Shown piece after piece: positions 30,956 through 41,476 of a DNA stretch of 64,000 bases. The notes under the pieces were generated by a model. The model had not been told where the DNA came from. It ran no database searches and was given only the letters and a program-made list of their open reading frames with translations. Source of the stretch: Alphaproteobacteria bacterium (GTDB taxonomy: Bacteria > Pseudomonadota > Alphaproteobacteria > UBA7887). Position 1 is the stretch's first letter; each line of letters starts with the position of its first letter. The DNA lies in NCBI GenBank assembly GCA_965214495.1, contig OZ243958.1, positions 22,372 through 86,371 of the forward strand, written 5' to 3'. The translations under genes and the position numbers were made by a program.

Positions 30956-32036
30956 GTCGAACGGGACGGCGGCCGCGCCCGCGAACCGCCTGTTTCTCCA
31001 TATCGAGCCGCTCGATACGCTGTTCTTCCGCGACGCCCGCCCGTTCGATCCGGCGTCCCGGGCGGCGTCGGGCCTGCCGAGGCCGCAAACCCTCGCCGGC
31101 GCGCTACGCACCGCGATGCTCCGCGAGGCCGGAGTCGATCTGGACGCCGTGGCCGGGGGCGTGCGTCAGGGGCGGGGTTTCCAGGACGCCGCCGCGGCCG
31201 CGGGCGCCCTCGGCGGTGCCATCGGCGCGGTCCGGTTTGCCGGGCCCTGGTTCGCCCGGGACGAAAAACCCTTGTTTCCGGCCCCGGCGACGCTCAAACG
31301 GGAGCGGGAGAGCAAGGCCATCGTCCGCCTCGATCCCCTGAACAGCGCGTTGCCGGGGTGGGCCGCGCCGCAAGACGGCATGGTACCGTTGTGGCGCACC
31401 GGCCGCGGGCGCCTCGAGAACGCTGCGGGTTATCTCACATCGGACGGCATGACGCGGTTCCTGGACGGCGGTGTCCCCAACGAGATCGTTCCGGGTTCCG
31501 AGCTATTCGGCCATGACGACCGGACGGGCATCGCCGTGGACCCCGGCCGCGCAACCGCTGCGGAGGGCATGATCTATGCGGTCCGCATGCTGGCCCTGCG
31601 CCCCGGCGTGCGCCTGTGCGCCGAGCTTGCCGGGCCGGCCGAAGCATTGGACCTTTTCCCGTCGTTAGGCGCCCTCGTCGCGCTCGGCGGGGAGGGGCGG
31701 CGCGCGGTGGCGGTGCCGGCCGGGAAGCCGCCGACATTGCCGTCCGCCGATGCAGCGGACCGACGGCTGCTGGTGCTGACCGCGCCGGCGCCGCTCGACG
31801 GCTGGCTCCCGCGCGGACTGGCGCTCGCGGCGGCGGCCGTGCCCGGCCACGAAGCCGTGTCGGGTTGGGACCTCGCCCGCGGCGGACCCAAGCCTAACCG
31901 TTTCATGGTGCCGGCCGGGACGGTGTACTTTCTCAAGCCCGGCGCTGTTCTCCCGGATTCGCGATTGCCTGTCGATCCCGACGATCGCGCGCTCGGCTGG
32001 GGCAGCTATCTGGAGGGAAGCTGGACATATGCCTGA
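30948..32036 (+). CDS. cmr3: Type III-B Cas5-group protein Cmr3
   Basis: IEPLDTLFFRDARPF, PRPQTLAGALR, LGGEGR, SGWDLARGGPKP, VPAGTVYF, LGWG. Confidence 0.93.
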   Translation: MDRSNGTAAAPANRLFLHIEPLDTLFFRDARPFDPASRAASGLPRPQTLAGALRTAMLREAGVDLDAVAGGVRQGRGFQDAAAAAGALGGAIGAVRFAGPWFARDEKPLFPAPATLKRERESKAIVRLDPLNSALPGWAAPQDGMVPLWRTGRGRLENAAGYLTSDGMTRFLDGGVPNEIVPGSELFGHDDRTGIAVDPGRATAAEGMIYAVRMLALRPGVRLCAELAGPAEALDLFPSLGALVALGGEGRRAVAVPAGKPPTLPSADAADRRLLVLTAPAPLDGWLPRGLALAAAAVPGHEAVSGWDLARGGPKPNRFMVPAGTVYFLKPGAVLPDSRLPVDPDDRALGWGSYLEGSWTYA

Positions 32037-32622
32037 CTCCGCGTTGTTGTTCATTCACTGCCTGACCGGCCTGCACCCCGGCAGCGGCACGGCACTCGGC
32101 GTCGTCGACCTGCCAGTGCAGCGCGAGCGCCACACCCGGTGGCCGATCGTTCCGGGTTCGTCGCTCAAAGGCGTGTTGGAGGACAGCTTGCTGCGCGGCT
32201 ATCGGGTGCTGGAGCTCGTGGGACAGTTTCGTCTGTTCGACCGGCGCATCGACAGCGGCTCGATCGACCCGGAGGTGCCGGCCGTCGTCGCCTTGCGTGA
32301 GCGGCTTGGGACCAGTAGCGACTTCGGTATCGACCCGAAAAGCAAGCGTCTGACGGCGCCGCGAGAACTGGCAGCCCGCCTGCTCAACGAACTGGGCGAC
32401 CCGGTGGGCCGACAACTGCTCGGATTCGACGGCTCGGGTGACCGGATCCGCGCAAGGACGCGGAATCACAGCATCCTGATCCACGGCTTCGAGGCGTCGG
32501 CGCCGTCGGACGCCCCTTCCCTCGAAGCGCTATACGACGATCTAGAGCGCTTGCTTTGCGCGGCCGCGCCCGAAGCGGAGGAAATGCTTCTCCAAGCCAA
32601 GCGTCTCTCTTTTGACGGCTGA
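32029..32622 (+). CDS. Chimera: Cmr4 N-terminus (~50 aa) fused in frame to a HEPN RNase C-terminus (TIGR02710-like)
   Basis: LHPGSGTALGVVDLPVQRERHTRWPIVPGSSLKGVL is the Cmr4 start; at ~32179 it switches to DSLLRGYRVLELVGQFRL...RNHSILIHGF (HEPN-type RN..H motif). Confidence 0.8.
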   Translation: MPDSALLFIHCLTGLHPGSGTALGVVDLPVQRERHTRWPIVPGSSLKGVLEDSLLRGYRVLELVGQFRLFDRRIDSGSIDPEVPAVVALRERLGTSSDFGIDPKSKRLTAPRELAARLLNELGDPVGRQLLGFDGSGDRIRARTRNHSILIHGFEASAPSDAPSLEALYDDLERLLCAAAPEAEEMLLQAKRLSFDG

Positions 32623-32627
32623 CGGGA

Positions 32628-33665
32628 ATGCCGACCCTCTATGTGACCGAGCCGGGTGCCGTGGTGCGCCGCCGGGCGGGGTCGATCGTCGTCACCCTGG
32701 ACGAGGATCCCGACGGACCTGGGCCGTTGCCGAAAGGTCGGCGGCGCCTGATCGAGGTGGAGCCGCATCGACTGGAAATGATTGGCCTGATGGGCCGGGC
32801 GCACATCACCGCCGACGCGACGCGGCTCTGCCTGGAACAGGGGATCGCGGTGTCGTGGTTCACGCGTGGCGGCGACTTTCTCGGACGGCTGGTGCCGGAA
32901 CTGTCGCGAACGGCGGACCTTCGTCTGCGTCAGTTCCGGCTTGCCGACAACCCGGAGGCGGCGCTCGACCTTGCGCGCGCGTTCATCGACGCCAAGCTGC
33001 GAAACGCGGCCGCGATGATCCGCACCGTCCGGTCGAACCGCCCGCGAGAGGAGCGTTTCGCCGAGGTCATCGCCCGCCTGCCGCGCTTGCGGGAACAGCT
33101 TGCCGGCGCCCGGGCGCGCGACACGGTCATGGGGATCGAAGGCGACGGCACGCGGCGCTACTTCTCGGTCCTCGGGCTTGCGTTTTCCGGCCCGGTGGGT
33201 TTCGAGTCGCGGCAGCGGCGGCCGCCGCCGGACCCCGCCAACGCGCTTCTCTCGCTCGGCTACGTCCTGCTGGCGAACGCCTTGGCGAGCTTGCTCGAGG
33301 CGCGCGGTTTCGATCCCTATCTGGGATTCCTCCACACGGTCCGGTCGGGAAGGCCGAGCCTGGCGCTCGACCTGATGGAGGAACTGCGTCATCCGGTCGT
33401 GGATCGGTTCGTGCTTCGTCTCTGCAATCGGCGGCAGTTGACGCCGGAGCATTTCGAGGCCGACGTCGAGCGGGGCGGGATACGCCTGGTGCGGGACGGC
33501 TTTCGGCGCTTCCTCCGCGAATGGGAGCGCTATCTGGACGCGCCGATGGCGGGGATCGGCGGCGGATTGACGGTTGAACGGGCGATCGCGCGGCAGGCGG
33601 ATCGGCTCGCCGCGCGGGTTCGCGGCAAGGACGCATACGAGCCGCTCCTGTTGAACGGCGCGTGA
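32628..33665 (+). CDS. cas1: CRISPR-associated endonuclease Cas1
   Basis: MPTLYVTEPGA, MGIEG...RYF, RRPPPDPANALLSLGY, DPYLGFLH, SLALDLMEELR (catalytic E, H, D/E present). Confidence 0.96.
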   Translation: MPTLYVTEPGAVVRRRAGSIVVTLDEDPDGPGPLPKGRRRLIEVEPHRLEMIGLMGRAHITADATRLCLEQGIAVSWFTRGGDFLGRLVPELSRTADLRLRQFRLADNPEAALDLARAFIDAKLRNAAAMIRTVRSNRPREERFAEVIARLPRLREQLAGARARDTVMGIEGDGTRRYFSVLGLAFSGPVGFESRQRRPPPDPANALLSLGYVLLANALASLLEARGFDPYLGFLHTVRSGRPSLALDLMEELRHPVVDRFVLRLCNRRQLTPEHFEADVERGGIRLVRDGFRRFLREWERYLDAPMAGIGGGLTVERAIARQADRLAARVRGKDAYEPLLLNGA

Positions 33666-33674
33666 GGAGATGCG

Positions 33675-33959
33675 GTGGCAAGGTTCGTGGTCTGCTACGA
33701 CGTTTCGGACGACCGGCGACGGCGAAAGATTGCCGAGGTGCTCGACGCCTATGGCGACCGCGTCCAGGAAAGCGTGTTCGAGCTTCCGGTCGACGGCGTC
33801 TTGATGGACGAATGCGTGGCCGAGCTTGCGCAGGCGATTGGCCGCGACGATCATCTGGCGATATATCGGCTCTGTAAGGCGTGCGACGGCGCGCGACGTT
33901 ATCTCGGGGCGGCCGCCGACGTGCCGCGCATCGGCGAGGAGGAGGTTTTCATCGTTTGA
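33675..33959 (+). CDS. cas2: CRISPR-associated Cas2
   Basis: VVCYDVSDDRRRRKIAEVL, RVQESVFE, YRLCKAC; GAGGAG RBS. Confidence 0.95.
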   Translation: MARFVVCYDVSDDRRRRKIAEVLDAYGDRVQESVFELPVDGVLMDECVAELAQAIGRDDHLAIYRLCKACDGARRYLGAAADVPRIGEEEVFIV

Positions 33960-34156
33960 CCGGTGTATCGTATCCGCCGAGTGTCGATAACGCGGGGGAG
34001 GGTTACGACTCGACATTGGGCGTTGATTGGTCTAGAAAATCCGGGATACAGGCTGCTCCCGGCGAAGACGGTTCCGGCTTTTCCGGGGATCGCGCGGCGA
34101 GGTTACGACGGAGAAGGAGACAACACCTTGATATGACAGTCGGTTTTACGACCGCA
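33960..34156 (+). promoter_or_regulatory. CRISPR leader
   Basis: Non-coding ~200 bp between cas2 and the first perfect repeat; degenerate repeat is at the far end of the array. Confidence 0.7.
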
Positions 34157-37100
34157 GCCGAGCACGCCGCCCCGAAAAGGAGGGGATTGAAACTCGTTCG
34201 CGGCGATGCGGTCGTCGGCTACCTGTTCTCGCCGAGCACGCCGCCCCGAAAAGGAGGGGATTGAAACTCCGTGCAGATAGCGCCCGCGAGGAAGCGGATG
34301 CGGCGGCGCCGAGCACGCCGCCCCGAAAAGGAGGGGATTGAAACGCGGCAAATCGCCGCGCGGAGGATTTGCGGGAGAGGGTGCCGAGCACGCCGCCCCG
34401 AAAAGGAGGGGATTGAAACGCCGTTGAGCGTGGACCCGGCAGCGGACGGGTTGCTCGCGCCGAGCACGCCGCCCCGAAAAGGAGGGGATTGAAACTGGAG
34501 GGTCTTGAGGCCGGGATCATACAGCATCTCGATATCGCCGAGCACGCCGCCCCGAAAAGGAGGGGATTGAAACGACGGCCTCGCCAGCGTCCAGGCCGGC
34601 GGCTGATGGCCGAAGCCGAGCACGCCGCCCCGAAAAGGAGGGGATTGAAACCTTGCGGCGCCCTCGGTTGTGCCGTCGGCGGCGTTCACCTGCCGAGCAC
34701 GCCGCCCCGAAAAGGAGGGGATTGAAACCAAGCCCCGCCTGGCCCCGCCTCGCCAGGCCTCGCCGCGATGCCGAGCACGCCGCCCCGAAAAGGAGGGGAT
34801 TGAAACATCAGTCCTTTCTGCGACCCTCCGACCGCGACGTCCACCCGCCGAGCACGCCGCCCCGAAAAGGAGGGGATTGAAACTCGCGGCCCAGTTCATT
34901 GCCGAGCTGCCGAATCGCCTCCAGGCCGAGCACGCCGCCCCGAAAAGGAGGGGATTGAAACCCGGCGTCGATCACGACGTCCCCGCCAGCGGTCAGCGTG
35001 AGCCGAGCACGCCGCCCCGAAAAGGAGGGGATTGAAACCCGGCGTCGATCACGACGTCCCCGCCAGCGGTCAGCGTGAGCCGAGCACGCCGCCCCGAAAA
35101 GGAGGGGATTGAAACCCGGAAAAATCGACGAACTGCCGCGGCCGCGGCCAATGGTGCCGAGCACGCCGCCCCGAAAAGGAGGGGATTGAAACGGCATGCC
35201 GATCAGCTGCCCCTGCGGGGTCTGCGCGTCCAGGCCGAGCACGCCGCCCCGAAAAGGAGGGGATTGAAACGAATGGAGCGCTCGGACACGTCATAGGCGG
35301 TTGCGCTGTGCCGAGCACGCCGCCCCGAAAAGGAGGGGATTGAAACGCGCAACAACTGCCTGCGCGGCGCGAAAGAGTATGAGGAGCCGAGCACGCCGCC
35401 CCGAAAAGGAGGGGATTGAAACCGCAGCGCGCACGCGGCGCGCCAGGCCACGGTCGGTCGTCGCCGAGCACGCCGCCCCGAAAAGGAGGGGATTGAAACA
35501 TGAAGCGCAGGCCCGTCGTCAGCGAGTCGTAGTTGACGGCCGAGCACGCCGCCCCGAAAAGGAGGGGATTGAAACCACGCTGACCGCCGGCGGGGACGTC
35601 GTGATCGACGCCGGGGCCGAGCACGCCGCCCCGAAAAGGAGGGGATTGAAACCGGTTGCCCGCCGGGTCGTTCGGGAGGCTGTCCTTGCGGGCCGAGCAC
35701 GCCGCCCCGAAAAGGAGGGGATTGAAACGCCGAAGACGGCGCCGACGCCGCCCGCGCGCGAGTGGACGGCCGAGCACGCCGCCCCGAAAAGGAGGGGATT
35801 GAAACCCGATGAATTTCAGCGCGGTCGAGATCGAGGGCGTGCCCATGCCGAGCACGCCGCCCCGAAAAGGAGGGGATTGAAACAGCTCCAATTTCGGCGT
35901 CACCCTCGAGCTGCGCCATGCGCCGAGCACGCCGCCCCGAAAAGGAGGGGATTGAAACATGTTCGATCCTGCGCCGGGCCGGGCGCAACCTCGTCCGCCG
36001 AGCACGCCGCCCCGAAAAGGAGGGGATTGAAACATTCGAGGACTGACGCCATGGCCACTCTCGTCGACCTCTAGCCGAGCACGCCGCCCCGAAAAGGAGG
36101 GGATTGAAACGCCGAAGAACCGCTCGCGGTAACGGTCGCGCAGGGCCACGAGGCCGAGCACGCCGCCCCGAAAAGGAGGGGATTGAAACGGCGGATTCGG
36201 CCTATGCCGGCGCCCTGCGGGATCGGCGCGCCGAGCACGCCGCCCCGAAAAGGAGGGGATTGAAACGTCCAACGCGCCTATGCCCGCACCCAGCGGGTTG
36301 GTATGGCGCCGAGCACGCCGCCCCGAAAAGGAGGGGATTGAAACGTATCAGGTGCCGGATTCTGGGCACGTTCCGAGCTTGCCGAGGCCGAGCACGCCGC
36401 CCCGAAAAGGAGGGGATTGAAACATCGACCTGCGCTTGCGAGAGGCCCGCTGCGTTCCCCAGGCCGAGCACGCCGCCCCGAAAAGGAGGGGATTGAAACC
36501 GGCGTCACCCGCCAGATCGAAACCGACGAACGCACGCTGGGCCGAGCACGCCGCCCCGAAAAGGAGGGGATTGAAACTTCAGGCATCACCCGGGCGGCGC
36601 TGTCGGCTCTTCTGAACGGCCGAGCACGCCGCCCCGAAAAGGAGGGGATTGAAACCCTTCGAACTGCACGTCCACCACGGCCCCGATGACCTGGGCCGAG
36701 CACGCCGCCCCGAAAAGGAGGGGATTGAAACCGGTGCCGGGCAGAACGACGGTGACGACAACCGCAGTCGCCGAGCACGCCGCCCCGAAAAGGAGGGGAT
36801 TGAAACCCTTTCGCGGCCTCGGCCTCCTCGCCGACATCGAGCGCGGCCGCCGAGCACGCCGCCCCGAAAAGGAGGGGATTGAAACGCGCGTTCGCGTCAG
36901 CCCCTGCATCCAGCAACGCCGTGCCGAGCACGCCGCCCCGAAAAGGAGGGGATTGAAACGTCACGCTCAGCGGCGAGGATATGCGCGAAGGGCTCACCTG
37001 TGCCGAGCACGCCGCCCCGAAAAGGAGGGGATTGAAACCTCGATTCTCTTGTTCGTGTTGAAATTCATGGACGAAAGAATGAGCCGAGCACGCCGCCCCG

Positions 37101-37504
37101 AAAAGGAGGGGATTGAAACCGCCGGGGAAATGGTCACGGTCCGATCCGCCGGATCGTCACGCCGAGCACGCCGCCCCGAAAAGGAGGGGATTGAAACGCG
37201 ACGCTGAACTCGTCCTGACCGCGCCACGGGTAGGACGCCGAGCACGCCGCCCCGAAAAGGAGGGGATTGAAACCGCCACCGCAGCGCGGCCTTGTGCGTG
37301 GAAAGGGTGATGCCGAGCACGCCGCCCCGAAAAGGACGGGATTGAAACACCTCGAAGCCGTTGACGCGCATGATGTATTTGCTCGTGACCGCCGAGCACG
37401 CCGCCCCGAAAAGGAGGGGATTGAAACGTCGTGACGTAATGCTCGCGCGGCCCCGGCAGGACCCCGAGCCGAGCACGCCGCCTCGAAATGGAGGGGATCG
37501 GAGT
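34157..37504 (+). CRISPR. CRISPR array: 44 repeats of 37 bp (GCCGAGCACGCCGCCCCGAAAAGGAGGGGATTGAAAC), 43 spacers of ~37-44 bp
   Basis: Counted by hand; 3' ATTGAAAC handle, CCCC/GGGG hairpin, one SNP repeat (37312-37348), degenerate terminal repeat 37468-37504. Confidence 0.98.
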
Positions 37505-37688
37505 GAACGGCGCCGTCCAACTTCACGGTAGGATTGCAGGGCTCGTCGAGCTTGCCCCCCCCCCCCCTCCCCAGATCGAGGGGGTTAAACGCGACACGGC
37601 CGTTGCCGCGGCACGGACGCGACGATCCGAGTGAACGTCTCGGTCGGCGTCGCTTTTGCGCGGACGGTGCGGTTGTCCCTGCCGACGG

Positions 37689-38642
37689 TTACGGCGAGGT
37701 GATTTCGATTTGCCCGAGACCGAAGACGGTTCCCTTGCCCACATGGAGCCAATGGCCGGCGACAACGAGCGGCCACAACTCGCCCGCACCCTCCGGCAGG
37801 TCGAGAGAGCCGGCGACGCCGTGCATGTCGATCTCCCGGCGCTGGGTGCCGGACCAGCGGACGAAATCGCTCTGACCGCCCCGCCAGGCGGCGCAGGGGA
37901 CACGCGCCGCCGAAGCGAGAACCGCGTCAACCAGCATGCGCGCCCCGTCGATTTCGTCCCCGCCTCCCAGAGCGACGAGGCGGCGCACCGCCGCCAGGGC
38001 AATGTCGGCGAACGTCGGCCGATCGATCAGTCGGCCCCGCCTGAGAAGCCTGAGAGGGACTCTGAAATGCAGTCGAGCGCCGCCTTTCGTCAACGTTTCC
38101 CGGCGAATGGCATCGGCGGCCGCGCGCAGCGGCCAACGCCGTTCTTCGGACACGGCGGCCGAACGGCTGTCGAGCCAAAGCGTTCGTCTGACCCGGAACG
38201 GCTCCCGAACCGGCCCCAAACCCATGCCCGATGCGACGTCCCAGGCTTGGACGAGCACCTCCTCGAAACGTCGTGCCGGGCCGATCAGGAACCAATCCAG
38301 CGCAGGCGCGAATTTCGGATCCACGGGGGCGGGCCGGATCAGATATAACGGCGTGCGCTCCACGCCGCGCGGTGCTGCTCGTCTTCGACCCTCGAACACC
38401 CGTGCATATGCCTCCGTGTCGAGGTGCTTCAACGCCCGGCCCCAGATGCCCCGGAGCATCGGCGCGGTGGCTCGGACACCGCCCGTGTCGAGCACCAGAC
38501 GGCGCGGAGCAAGTTCGATCCGGTCGAGCAAACACAGGAGCCGCTGTTCCAGGCTCGGCGGCGATGCTGTTCCCCGATCGGCGTCGGCTTCGTCTCCGCT
38601 ACCTGATAGGACTTCCTTACCCATCCCGGGGTTATCCGGCAT
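37689..38642 (-). CDS. cas6: Cas6 crRNA-processing endoribonuclease
   Basis: MLRGIWGRAL, FRVPLRL, RWSGTQ, C-terminal G-rich loop HVGKGTVFGLG; convergent on the array; start uncertain. Confidence 0.88.
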   Translation of the reverse strand: MPDNPGMGKEVLSGSGDEADADRGTASPPSLEQRLLCLLDRIELAPRRLVLDTGGVRATAPMLRGIWGRALKHLDTEAYARVFEGRRRAAPRGVERTPLYLIRPAPVDPKFAPALDWFLIGPARRFEEVLVQAWDVASGMGLGPVREPFRVRRTLWLDSRSAAVSEERRWPLRAAADAIRRETLTKGGARLHFRVPLRLLRRGRLIDRPTFADIALAAVRRLVALGGGDEIDGARMLVDAVLASAARVPCAAWRGGQSDFVRWSGTQRREIDMHGVAGSLDLPEGAGELWPLVVAGHWLHVGKGTVFGLGQIEITSP

Positions 38643-39007
38643 TGCGCTTGCTCACGCGCAACGGGCCGGGACCGTTTCCATGCGGACGGCGGGGAAGCTG
38701 GATACACATCGGCAACCTCGGTCGCGTCCCGAGCCGTGGGTGCAAGATCCCGGCATCGCTTCGCGGTGTCTGGCGGCGTGGGTGCCTTGGACCGCTCGTT
38801 CGTCATTCAGCCTGACGAGGGCAGCGTCGATCGCCATGGCGCCGGAAACTCGAACAGGTTGCAGAAAGTATACGCCGCCGCTCGGCGGAGGAATATGGAT
38901 CCGTGGATCGAGTCTCGCTCGCCGACTGACCCCGTTCGACCAGATGAGGAACGCGGGGTTCGAAGTCGGGGTGACCCACCCGGCGGCGCGAGGACGGCGG
39001 CAGCCCG

Positions 39008-40213
<1,206 letters not shown>

Positions 40214-40349
40214 GGCAACCACAAGGGTTGCTCCAACGGAGACAAGGTCGTCGTGCCCCCGACACACGGCCGCCGAACCGACGCGGCCGGCCGGTCCCGA
40301 CCCGAGAACAACCCCGATTTCAGAATCGCCCGCCCGAGCCAGGCCCTGC

Positions 40350-40378
40350 TTGACGGTCGAACGGCAAAGCCCTATCGA
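40350..40378 (+). promoter_or_regulatory. Putative sigma70 promoter of tRNA-His
   Basis: TTGACG-N17-TATCGA ending 11 bp before the tRNA. Confidence 0.5.
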
Positions 40379-40389
40379 AATGCCGTCGT

Positions 40390-40467
40390 GGCGAGTGTAG
40401 CTCAGTTGGTCAGAGCGCCTGACTGTGACTCAGGAGGTCGTCGGTTCGAGACCGATCACTCGCCCCA
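40390..40467 (+). tRNA. tRNA-His(GTG)
   Basis: G-1 plus GCGAGTG/CACTCGC stem, C73, CCA; anticodon arm CCTGA-CTGTGAC-TCAGG. Confidence 0.95.
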
Positions 40468-40505
40468 TCGACGGGCGCCGGCACGAACGCACACGGGAGG
40501 ACGGC

Positions 40506-41273
40506 ATGACGGGACGGCTTGACGGCAAGGTGGCGGTCGTCACCGGCGCCGGTTCGGGCTTCGGCGAAGGCATCGCCAGGCGTTATGCGCGCGAAGGTGC
40601 GCGGGTGGTGGTGGCCGAGATCGACGAGCGCAACGGCCGGCGGGTCGCCGACGACATCGCCGCGTCCGGCGGCGCGGCAGTGTTCGTGGCCACCGACGTC
40701 GCCGAAGAGGCCGCCAACGAAGCCATGATCGCCGCTGCCCGCGACTCCTGGGGCGGGATCGATACGGTCGTTCTCAACGCCGGGCTGGGCATGGCGCCGC
40801 GGCCGCTCGCCGATACCGAGGTGGCGTTCTTCGACCGGGTGTTCCGGGTCAACGTGCGCAGTGTTTTTCTTGGCGCGAAGCACGCGGTCCGGGCGATGCA
40901 AGCTCAGGGCCGCGGCGGTTCGATCGTCGTCACTGCGTCCACCGCCGCGTTGCGGCCGCGGCCGAACCTTGCCGTGTATAACGCGACCAAAGGCGCGCTG
41001 GTGCCGATGTGCAAGGCGCTGGCGCTGGAAGTGGCGGGCGACGGGATTCGCGTCAACGGCATTTGCCCGGTCGCCGGCGAAACCGCCATGCTGACGGATT
41101 TTCTCGGCGATTCCGACCCGACCGAGGGGCGCGCGCGGTTCGTCGCCACCGTGCCCATGGGCCGTCTGTCGACGCCGGAGGACATCGCCGCCGCCGCAGT
41201 ATTCTTCGCCGAAGACGACTCGGCTTTCATCACAGGCGCCATGCTCGAGGTGGATGGCGGGCGCTGTATCTGA
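40506..41273 (+). CDS. Short-chain dehydrogenase/reductase
   Basis: TGAGSGFG, LNAG, YNATK, VDGGR. Confidence 0.92.
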   Translation: MTGRLDGKVAVVTGAGSGFGEGIARRYAREGARVVVAEIDERNGRRVADDIAASGGAAVFVATDVAEEAANEAMIAAARDSWGGIDTVVLNAGLGMAPRPLADTEVAFFDRVFRVNVRSVFLGAKHAVRAMQAQGRGGSIVVTASTAALRPRPNLAVYNATKGALVPMCKALALEVAGDGIRVNGICPVAGETAMLTDFLGDSDPTEGRARFVATVPMGRLSTPEDIAAAAVFFAEDDSAFITGAMLEVDGGRCI

Positions 41274-41476
41274 CCGGGACGGTTGGTCAAGGAGGCAATA
41301 TATCTGCCCGTGCCGGCGCACGGGCGGTTCGGCCGGGCCCGGCATCGCGGCGCCTGTCGAGCCGCCGCTGAAGCCATGACGCGAATTGTCGCTATCGAGG
41401 CCGTCCGATTGACAGCGCGACGGCCGAAGCCGAAATTACGGGCGGTGAAGTGCCGGATCGGCGGAGGCGAGGAGTC

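Noticed and set aside
36190-37082. Other spacer translations (ADSAYAG transposase-like, SSMNFNTNKRIE phage-like, LGNAAGLSQAQVD)
   Set aside because: Motifs are too short or frame-ambiguous to assign without a search.
34103-37526. Many ORFs with repeated FQSPPFRGGVLG / AEHAAPKRRGLK peptides
   Set aside because: They are translations of the CRISPR repeats, not genes.
37555-37586. C13 run and CCCCCTC/GAGGGGG hairpin between array and cas6
   Set aside because: Intergenic with only a TT tail; possibly a weak terminator, but not supportable.
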